From assembly GCA_000004985.1 (NCBI GenBank), contig GG738869.1: a stretch of 64,000 bases of DNA; one strand, given 5' to 3'. The position numbers and the translations under genes are program-made. The DNA comes from Naegleria gruberi. Its lineage: Eukaryota. This document shows, piece by piece, positions 56,135 through 64,000 of this stretch. The stretch's first letter is position 1, and each line of letters opens with the position of its first letter. The notes beneath the pieces were generated by a model. That model searched no databases and was not told the DNA's origin. It worked only from the letters and a program-made list of their open reading frames with translations.

Positions 56135-58864
56135 ATGGGAGTAGCGACACTTTTTACCAAAGCTGACGTTTTAAATTCCCACAACATCAAAAAGCAAAAA
56201 GAAACCAAACGTCCTGCCTTTGAAGGTGATAATGATAGATCGATTGTGGCGGCAATTAAAAAAACAAAACAACAAGCATCCAACGACTTTGAGTATTACA
56301 AGACATACAAAGAAACAGATTTCACTAATGAACAGAATTTTAGTTCAATAATTTATCAGATAATGCTAGTTCTATTGCCCTATTTTGTTTTTAAAATAAC
56401 CTCAGGATTATTAGATTTTGAATCAATATTATTATACTTTCTAGTCTCCACAAAAAAAGGCAAAGATTTATTAGCACAAGCCAATCTATATAGTACTGAG
56501 GGTGTTTCTTGGTGTGAAGCAATAGTATTTAAAGCAATTTGTAATGCAGATATAAGTATAGGGAGTTATGGTAGATTTATTGGTTGTTTAGAAGAATCTA
56601 GTAAATCAGACACATCCAGAAATAAGAAAAAGGCAAGACATTTTTTACCATCACTCTCTACAATAACAAAATATTCAAGTAGTTTACATCAAGTATTAGA
56701 TATCAATCATGCTGCAGATAGCGAAGGACTTTATTGGAGAATATTTTGTTCATCCATAGAACTTAATGACAGGACATTCAGATATGCAACGCTTCAAAAT
56801 GCAGAATTGTTTTTATTCTCATTTATTCGCTACCATGAAATGATCATAGGAGAATATATCTTCTTTGTAAAGATAAGATGTACTGTTGATGGTTCACCTT
56901 TAGAGGGAGCCTGTACTGCGTATGATATTGTATTAATTCATCCCAAGATAGATCCATTTTGTGCTCGTAATTATATTTCTGTTATTATTGCCGAGCCTAA
57001 AGAGGAAATAGCGTTCAAATTAAACATCTGGGATTTCTCTCGCCAGTTAATGCGTATCACACAGTTGAAATACTCTGTACCTAATGAAGAAACAAGAATT
57101 ATTCCTGTAAAATTTATTACCAACCCTGATAAGGGCGCCTTTAACAAAATTATAGATGTGGAAAAGGTAACGCCAATTTGTGATCCTATTTTTAATTTGG
57201 TAAATCTTTATTGCCTATTATCAATGATTTTCAATACAGATAATTCCTTAATACTACCTCTAATTCCAACAATAAGAGGAGATTGTAATAATGATAGCAA
57301 CAAAGCAAAAGGACAAGCAAATCTAGCAAAGGTTATGGAAATTAAAAAGATTATGCCTGAAACGTTACCTTATTACCACAACATTCCAACAAAATCCCAA
57401 ATATTTACTGATTTTCAATTAGATGAAGATTCTATTTTTTTAATTGAAAAATTTATCATTAAGAAACCTCAAACAGATTATTTATGTTGTATGTTTTGTT
57501 ATTTAACTAAACAAACAAAAAGAATAGCATTGAAGTATCCTGATTTGTGTACATGGAAATGGTACAGATCAAACGAAAGCTCAAGTAATGCTTTAGGCTG
57601 GCCTTTTAAAAGTTTTTCATGGTGTCTTTCGCATGATATAAGAGCCTGTGGTCAGAATCTTATTGAAGAAGAGGTGGGACAAATTGAAGAAGATAGACAA
57701 TATTTTGCCAAATTATTCAGTTCTGAATCTCCAATTGCCTCTTTGAAATGTGGTTCTAAAAAGCTAATTAATGAACAACTAGATGCCAACCTTGTTTCTG
57801 AATTTGAGTTTTGTCAATGGAGTGTATTTGAATTAAAGGTGAAAGAAGAAAAAAAGAAAAACAAAACAGGAACAGAGCTACGAACTAGTTCAGTTAAACT
57901 AATCTATGATCAGATTTTGTTTAAACAAATAGACAAAATTATAATGACAATAGATGTTTGGTATCCTCATTGGCTCACATATCGAGAAAACAAACAATTA
58001 CAGGTTTGTCAATCCCTTAACAATAATCAATCATTTGAAGATTGTACAAATGAAGAACACTCCAAGCGAGGAACATACAAACCAAAAAACTATGAACATA
58101 TATGGAAAGCTCTTCAAAAAACATACATTACTCTTCGCCAACCAAAATCTAAATGGTTAGAATGGAAGAAAACTGGATATCAAGAGCCATTGCTAATATT
58201 TAAGAATTTAAATAAGGTTTGGATAAAAGATATTTTAGGAAGAATATCAGAATATTTACACATTCATCAACATGCAGATATTGTGTTCGATGAAGTAGAA
58301 GAATCATTCGTAACAACATCAAACATTGGATCTGAATCTAAAAATTCTTTAAGAAGGAAGCGTCATGTTTCATTTGGAGTTAATGGTGGTTTAAGACATC
58401 CTTGTGATGATTCTTTATATTATGACAGCAAAAGAATTCTTAATGAATTGAAGATCCTTGCTGAGACTCCTAATATTATTGCAAGACAAGATGAGATCAA
58501 AAGAAAACAAGTTTCCGAAAAAGAAAAACTCACACAACCAAAAAAGAAAAGAAAATCTGAAACTACTACACAACCCAATCCAATAAGCTCAACCAATTCC
58601 TCAATTAATTATATCAATCCTTCCCTATTACAACCTCTACTTCCAGATAATTTTAATTCAATTACATTACACAATCAACACTCCTTCTCACCTCCTATAT
58701 ATATTCATCCTCTTCAACTCCAACCTCCACTAACTAACAATTTAACATTTTCTCAATTCAATCCTTCTCAAAATTCCAATAACCAACCAACATCTCCTTA
58801 CCAACCATCATCTCCATTTTCATTCTTTTCATCCTCCAATCCATCACCAAACTCCTTTTTATAA
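56135..58864 (+). CDS. Orphan 909-aa protein immediately downstream of the Tet/JBP gene. Cys/His-containing central region (CCMFCYLTKQ...CTWKWY...SWCLSHD...C), then a Q/N/P/S-rich low-complexity C-terminus. Unknown function.
   Basis: Single uninterrupted ORF in an otherwise ORF-free 9-kb stretch. No recognisable catalytic motif by eye. Confidence 0.45.
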   Translation: MGVATLFTKADVLNSHNIKKQKETKRPAFEGDNDRSIVAAIKKTKQQASNDFEYYKTYKETDFTNEQNFSSIIYQIMLVLLPYFVFKITSGLLDFESILLYFLVSTKKGKDLLAQANLYSTEGVSWCEAIVFKAICNADISIGSYGRFIGCLEESSKSDTSRNKKKARHFLPSLSTITKYSSSLHQVLDINHAADSEGLYWRIFCSSIELNDRTFRYATLQNAELFLFSFIRYHEMIIGEYIFFVKIRCTVDGSPLEGACTAYDIVLIHPKIDPFCARNYISVIIAEPKEEIAFKLNIWDFSRQLMRITQLKYSVPNEETRIIPVKFITNPDKGAFNKIIDVEKVTPICDPIFNLVNLYCLLSMIFNTDNSLILPLIPTIRGDCNNDSNKAKGQANLAKVMEIKKIMPETLPYYHNIPTKSQIFTDFQLDEDSIFLIEKFIIKKPQTDYLCCMFCYLTKQTKRIALKYPDLCTWKWYRSNESSSNALGWPFKSFSWCLSHDIRACGQNLIEEEVGQIEEDRQYFAKLFSSESPIASLKCGSKKLINEQLDANLVSEFEFCQWSVFELKVKEEKKKNKTGTELRTSSVKLIYDQILFKQIDKIIMTIDVWYPHWLTYRENKQLQVCQSLNNNQSFEDCTNEEHSKRGTYKPKNYEHIWKALQKTYITLRQPKSKWLEWKKTGYQEPLLIFKNLNKVWIKDILGRISEYLHIHQHADIVFDEVEESFVTTSNIGSESKNSLRRKRHVSFGVNGGLRHPCDDSLYYDSKRILNELKILAETPNIIARQDEIKRKQVSEKEKLTQPKKKRKSETTTQPNPISSTNSSINYINPSLLQPLLPDNFNSITLHNQHSFSPPIYIHPLQLQPPLTNNLTFSQFNPSQNSNNQPTSPYQPSSPFSFFSSSNPSPNSFL

Positions 58865-58897
58865 AATAAAAGGAATAATTTAAATTATAATAATTGT

Positions 58898-59659
58898 TTA
58901 ATATTTATTCCATTTAACAGATTCATCAAGCATAGAGCAGAAATAATCAAATTCAATTCTAATCATCTTCTCTTCAGGTTTGTAAATTAATTTAAATTGA
59001 TTAATTCCAAATTTCCATAAAATACCATCATGCTCCCATTTAAATGCATACCACTTATCACTAAACAAAGGAGGAAGGCTATAATTTCCAGCAAACAACC
59101 AATGATATGTTATCTTTGGAACTATTCTTCCTTCCCTTGCAATGCCACCCTCAATCAACATCTCTTCTTTTAAAATGCTATATGGTTTTGCCTTTTGTAT
59201 TTGATAATCAAAGAATAGCTTTGCTTCGTGATCATCTGTTACAGAAACATAATGTTGATGATGCCACTTGACATTATGGGTTGTATCTGGCTGAGCATTT
59301 CTAATAACTACCTCCTCAATAGTTCTCGGAAGTACCTTTAGGTATCTTGTTGCATAATATTCATCAGAATATTTTTCATCCATTATCTCACGCAGTGTTA
59401 TTGTTGGTAGGGAAGTATCAAAAAAGTATTCAAGTTGTTGTCTTTTCTCTAATGGTATGTTCACTTTCTTACTCTCTTCACTGCCTTCAAGAATGTTTGT
59501 TACTTGGCGTTTAGCTGTTTTCAAATCATCAACCTTCTCTACAACAAAACGTATTTTGTTTGTATTGTTATTCTTCTCCAACGATTTATTCATAGCTACC
59601 CTCTTACTTTTGCTCAACCTGTATACTTCAAACGTTACTTCTGTTTTGTTGGTGACCAT
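58898..59659 (-). CDS. Hypothetical 253-aa globular protein, unknown family.
   Basis: Single ORF with balanced composition (for example WYAFKWEHDGILWKFGINQFKLIYKPEEKMIRIEFDY). Stop is only about 34 bp from the stop of the 909-aa ORF, in convergent orientation. Confidence 0.45.
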   Translation of the reverse strand: MVTNKTEVTFEVYRLSKSKRVAMNKSLEKNNNTNKIRFVVEKVDDLKTAKRQVTNILEGSEESKKVNIPLEKRQQLEYFFDTSLPTITLREIMDEKYSDEYYATRYLKVLPRTIEEVVIRNAQPDTTHNVKWHHQHYVSVTDDHEAKLFFDYQIQKAKPYSILKEEMLIEGGIAREGRIVPKITYHWLFAGNYSLPPLFSDKWYAFKWEHDGILWKFGINQFKLIYKPEEKMIRIEFDYFCSMLDESVKWNKY

Positions 59660-60045
59660 AGAAAATACTTGTTTGTTTTGTTTTGATTTTGTTGTTGCTC
59701 ATGTTGTTGTTGATATGTGGTGTTGTTGATGTTATTGTATTTTTTTTTACGTGAGTTTACAAATTGAAAAACAAGCAAGAATGAAACGCGGTGAAATTAC
59801 GATCAGGATTTGAAAAAATATCAAAAAAGACGTTACATAACAAACAAACCTCGTAACCGATCATCAACACTTGTACAACTTGACTCTTAACAAGTATTGT
59901 TGTTGTGGGAAGATTTTAATCTTCGTAACAAACTTCATCATCATCCGACTTTTTTAAAAACTCTCTTATCATCATCAACAAGAAGTGATTTTGTACTAGT
60001 ATTGTATTTTGGTAGTTTAATTATAATACAAGAAGATTAACCATC

Positions 60046-62412
60046 ATGGGAGGAGAAACTGAACCATCTAACGAAGCTCTAATATCACCAATTACACCTT
60101 TTTCAACCATTATTCCAAATACCTATTCTCAACAACAAGCTAATTTTGATTCAAGTACAATATCCGAAGAGAGGAATGATGGTGATAGTATCAATAGAGT
60201 TACCTCTCTTCCACCATTACCATCATTAGACTCTCCCAAGAAAAAACCTCTTCCATCCATTAACACTCTTTCTCCACCAAGAAAGACTTCAAAACCACTC
60301 CCACCAAGACCAACACAAACCTCTACGGAAATTAATAATTTAGTATTTTCTCATCCCTCTGCTATGAATACAACTTATTCTTCCGATAATTTTACCACCA
60401 ACAATCCATCCTATCCATCCACACCTCCAAAAGTTTTGTTCCGAGATTATACTGAGAATAATTTAGAGCCAGCTTCCAGTATTAATACATATAATTACGA
60501 GTTTGCAAATATAAACCCTGAACCAATATCACATATATTTACAAATGTAGATGGTAGTATGCACCGTAGTTCCTCCTTTGCGGGTACTTTGGTCAACAGA
60601 CGTTCAATTCCTTCGAATGTTGGTTTAAACTCTATACAGGAGGAAGCTATGATTCGTACTCAAAGTTATGACAAATTTAAATTGGACGAATTAAAGAAAC
60701 AAGGATCGACTGCTGCTGGCAATAATAACGGAAATAATAATAATAAGAGACATAAGAAAATATTTTATAATACTGAATTTTTGGAGAAATGCGGATTTAG
60801 TAATAATTCTATTGAACAGCAACAAATCAAACAACTGAAACAGGATGAACTTCAAGAGGAACAGATTCGTAGAATGCATTCTGAACAAGAACAAAAAATG
60901 AAGCAAATGGAATTAGAAGAGTTGGCTCTCGTCAACCGAACTTTACAACAAGAGTTCAGTTTTTCAGAATTTTTAACTTCTCAACCAAAATACTCATGGA
61001 GTGACTTTTTTGCCCATAACAAGAATGCATTTAGTTTAATCAGAGCTATGGCATCTCAATGGTCATGGGGAGAAATGACCTTGGGACTCGAATATTTTGC
61101 AAGAAGTAAGGGCAAGATGAAACGTGATTTTACTCAATTCAAATTAGAGTCAGATTTAGAGAGACTGCCAGCTTCAAACGTTGAGGTTTGGAGACATTAT
61201 GCACGTTTAACCTATCAAGTTTTTAGAGACTCGATAGAGGACATACCAAGGAACACCCGTTTGGAACTTCACAAAATTATTGCCTACGATAGAACTCAAC
61301 AAGCCATGAGACCTGGATATTTTCTGTGTGTGGACGACTATACAAAATCGGTTCTGGTTATTTTTAGAGGAACAAAATCATTTAGTGATATTCTGACTGA
61401 TTTGCACTGCTCCTCTATTCGTTACAAACATGGATATTGTCACAAAGGAATTTTGACAGCTGCTCAATATTTTGATTCGAACAAATTCATCAAGGAAGTG
61501 GTTAAAAGAACTCTTGAGCATCATCCAGGATACAAATTAAGGTTGCTGGGTCATAGCTTGGGTGGTGGTACTGCAGCTATATTGTCCACTATGTGGAAGA
61601 AAGACTTTCCTGATATTCACTGTTATGCATTTGCATGTCCACCAGTTTTATCACAAATTTTAGCTGACGAATGTGCTGACTATGTTACAAGTTTTGTAAA
61701 TGGTGATGATTTTGTAACAAGATTATCAATGACAGCTGTTCACGAATTGAGAAAGGAAGTACAGAACTATCCTTGGAAGGAGGAAATGATGAAAGATATT
61801 CAAAACTCAACACTTGGAAAGTTTGCAGCTGGAGTTAAAAATTATGCATCTGGTTTATTTAGTGGATTATTTGGAGGTAGTAAGAAGGCAGATGTAGTAG
61901 AGCCAATCATAGAAGTTAAAAAGGATGTAATCAAGACAGAACCTATCACCACAAACATTACAACAATAAGTACAGGAGAAGATGCCAAAAGAATTGAGTA
62001 CGATCAATCTAATTCATCGATGGAGGATCAAGATATTTCCAGTTCAAGTAATGCTGATGATGTGCAGAGTACAGATGAGCCTCTTTCCTCAATCTCACAA
62101 AGCACTAATGATGATGTTTTCCCTTCTTCAGGCTCAACTGTTAAAAGAAAAGTTTCCAAAAAACCAAAGAGGAACCCAGATTCTCCACTGATTATTAATG
62201 ATTATGAAAATCTTGTTGTGACTCTCTTCCCAGCTGGTTGTGTCTATCAAATTAGAAATATTGATGACACTGTGTACATAAAAAAGGCCAATAAGGAAGA
62301 CATTACTTCCATAATTTTGAGTGACAGCTACAAGGAAGATCACAGAATGATCAACTATTTATGTAATCTTGATGCTTACAATCCAATAACAACCGAGAGT
62401 AGTGTAATATAA
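60046..62412 (+). CDS. Class-3 (fungal-type) lipase family protein with sn-1 diacylglycerol-lipase-like core (788 aa). Ser/Pro/Thr-rich N-terminal region.
   Basis: Lipase_3 core: YFLCVDDYTKSVLVIFRGTKSFSDILTDL followed by the nucleophile elbow GHSLGGGTAAIL, and an Asp-containing NGDDFVTRL. Confidence 0.7.
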   Translation: MGGETEPSNEALISPITPFSTIIPNTYSQQQANFDSSTISEERNDGDSINRVTSLPPLPSLDSPKKKPLPSINTLSPPRKTSKPLPPRPTQTSTEINNLVFSHPSAMNTTYSSDNFTTNNPSYPSTPPKVLFRDYTENNLEPASSINTYNYEFANINPEPISHIFTNVDGSMHRSSSFAGTLVNRRSIPSNVGLNSIQEEAMIRTQSYDKFKLDELKKQGSTAAGNNNGNNNNKRHKKIFYNTEFLEKCGFSNNSIEQQQIKQLKQDELQEEQIRRMHSEQEQKMKQMELEELALVNRTLQQEFSFSEFLTSQPKYSWSDFFAHNKNAFSLIRAMASQWSWGEMTLGLEYFARSKGKMKRDFTQFKLESDLERLPASNVEVWRHYARLTYQVFRDSIEDIPRNTRLELHKIIAYDRTQQAMRPGYFLCVDDYTKSVLVIFRGTKSFSDILTDLHCSSIRYKHGYCHKGILTAAQYFDSNKFIKEVVKRTLEHHPGYKLRLLGHSLGGGTAAILSTMWKKDFPDIHCYAFACPPVLSQILADECADYVTSFVNGDDFVTRLSMTAVHELRKEVQNYPWKEEMMKDIQNSTLGKFAAGVKNYASGLFSGLFGGSKKADVVEPIIEVKKDVIKTEPITTNITTISTGEDAKRIEYDQSNSSMEDQDISSSSNADDVQSTDEPLSSISQSTNDDVFPSSGSTVKRKVSKKPKRNPDSPLIINDYENLVVTLFPAGCVYQIRNIDDTVYIKKANKEDITSIILSDSYKEDHRMINYLCNLDAYNPITTESSVI

Positions 62413-62614
62413 TGTAAATAAAATCTCGATTTTTGACCATTAAGGAATTTAATCATTTCACAACAAACAATTAGAAAGCACAATTTTCTTTTTTTGTATT
62501 GGAAAGGGAGCAAGCAATTAATTGAACTCAATTCGGAAATATTGAGCTATAATTTTAGAATGGATGTTGTATTGGTTGTGGTTGTATGGTTGCTAAAATA
62601 ATCAATCCTACAAA

Positions 62615-64000
62615 ATGTCACAACATCAAACAACACTACAACTACTCATTTCCCTGTTTTTATTTTTGATTGTTGTTCAATGCACAGCATCAACAATGGA
62701 ATACAATACTAGTCTATCATTTGGTATTGATACACTGGTTGGCTATGATCCGAATAATGGAAATAATCTTCCTTCAATATATGCCAATTTGAATCCCAAT
62801 AATTTGACATTTGGCACGAATACAAAGATAATGTTCATGTATGATGGTGTTAGGAATGCCATCATGAAACTTGATCTGAAAACAAATCTGATTTCGAAAT
62901 TAATTGATTTAGAATATAGAGCGCTCTCAATATTAGAAACTAGAAATGGAATTTTATTTACAGATGCTCAAGGAAGGAATATTAAAATGTTGGCCAATGA
63001 TTCAATTTCTATTGTGGCAGGAACATTAACAACAGGATATTCAGGTTTGTTGATCTTGGGATGATTTTATTTTAAACTAATATTTGATATTAAAAGGGGA
63101 TGGAATTGCAAACGAAACGAAACTAAACTCTCCAAAGGGATTAATTGAGGATGGTAATGGAAATATTTATTTCATCGATTACTATAATTATAGATTGAGG
63201 AAATTATCAGGTAATATGATTTCAACAATAGCTGGTGATGGAAAGAATGAAAATAATGGAGATGGAGGATCAGCTCTAAAGGCCAACTTGAAAAATCCTT
63301 CCAATCTGGCACTAATTGACCACAACTTATACATTTTATGTGATACAGCAATAAGGAGAATTGATTTAATCACAAGTAAGATTTACAGTTTCTCAGTTGA
63401 AAGTCCATTCAAATTTACTGGAATTTTCCAAGCCAATGGAACAATTTTTGTTCACTCTGCTACTGCAATTGGTAAAATTCAATCCAATCAGAAGATTTCT
63501 ATCATTTCCGGATCAGCATCTGTATCGGGTCCTTCTGTAAATAATATTCCAGCAATTGATGCCTTATTCAAACAAATAAGTTCAATTGGGGTACTTTCGT
63601 CTGAGTTAGGGGATGTTATTTATGTTTATGATTCTTCAAATAATGATATTAGGGTTATTAATGAGACTCGTTTTATTAATCTGTTGGCTGGTGTTAAATC
63701 TTTGAAAGCAAATGTGGATTTATCGGCTCCTTATTTTATTTCTAATGATCCAATTGGACTTGCTGAGCTGATTAATGGTGATTTAGCCTTTTCGCATTCA
63801 GGTGGAATTGCCAAATATTCCAATGGATTGATAACAAACATAGTCGAATCTTCTAGCCCAATATTAGGAATTGCTTTCTATGAGAAAGAGGATGAGCTCT
63901 ATTATGTGGATTCGAACTCAAAAATTAAAAAGCTCAAAGATGGAGAAACGATACACGTAGCAGGAGCATCGAATGGACAAAATGCAGACAACATTCCAGC
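62615..64000 (+). CDS. Secreted NHL-repeat (beta-propeller) protein, partial (continues past the window end). Exon 1 is 62615..63044; there is a 52-nt intron (63045..63096); exon 2 runs from 63097.
   Basis: Signal peptide MSQHQTTLQLLISLFLFLIVVQCTAS. Repeats such as NIYFIDYYNYRLRKLSGNMISTIAGDG and DVIYVYDSSNNDIRVIN. GTTTGT..AAAAG intron restores the frame. Open to position 64000. Confidence 0.65.

Noticed and set aside
1-64000. Prokaryotic features: CRISPR arrays, defence islands, operons, rRNA or tRNA genes
   Set aside because: Spliceosomal GT..AG introns, eukaryote-only gene families (myosin I, ARL1, RCC1, NDR kinase, GRWD1, BRX1, SNF2), and monocistronic genes on alternating strands show this is eukaryotic nuclear DNA. 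No direct-repeat or spacer arrays, and no rRNA-like or tRNA-like conserved motifs were seen by eye. tRNAs cannot be fully excluded without a scan.

Overview
This window is eukaryotic nuclear DNA, not prokaryotic. It is AT-rich (roughly two-thirds A+T) and compact, with about 32 protein-coding genes in 64 kb on both strands. Genes are often separated by only 5-500 bp. Introns are canonical GT..AG spliceosomal introns, typically 39-100 nt with two of about 250-275 nt, so several entries in the ORF track are really exons of one gene. I joined these by eye: class I myosin (5 exons), the SNF2 ATPase, the NDR kinase, GRWD1, the RCC1 protein and others.

Products I recognise are: ARL1 GTPase, a short-tailed class I myosin, a SNF2/Rad54-like ATPase, a TTL-family enzyme fused to a CCCH zinc finger, a beta-lactamase-like serine hydrolase, a RING E3, a hotdog thioesterase, an RCC1-repeat protein, an EEP-family phosphodiesterase, an NDR/LATS-type AGC kinase, GRWD1 and BRX1 (divergent ribosome-biogenesis pair), a TPH-domain (CFAP45/MNS1-like) coiled-coil protein, a class-3 (DAG-lipase-like) lipase, NHL-repeat secreted proteins, several F-box proteins, and a huge secreted protein made of about 30 antistasin-like cysteine knots.

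The most interesting locus is 50-59 kb. It is a gene-poor, extra-AT-rich island carrying a Tet/JBP-family 2OG-Fe(II) dioxygenase whose catalytic core matches the Naegleria NgTet1 type as I recall it from memory. The island is flanked by pseudogene debris and a 909-aa orphan ORF. The Tet gene, a flagellar-type TPH protein, TTL, and the overall gene repertoire make a Naegleria-like heterolobosean amoeboflagellate the most plausible source; this is inference only.

I saw no CRISPR arrays, rRNA or tRNA genes, or prokaryote-style operons or defence systems. All coordinates were read by eye and may be off by a few nt. All similarity calls are from memory, not searches.
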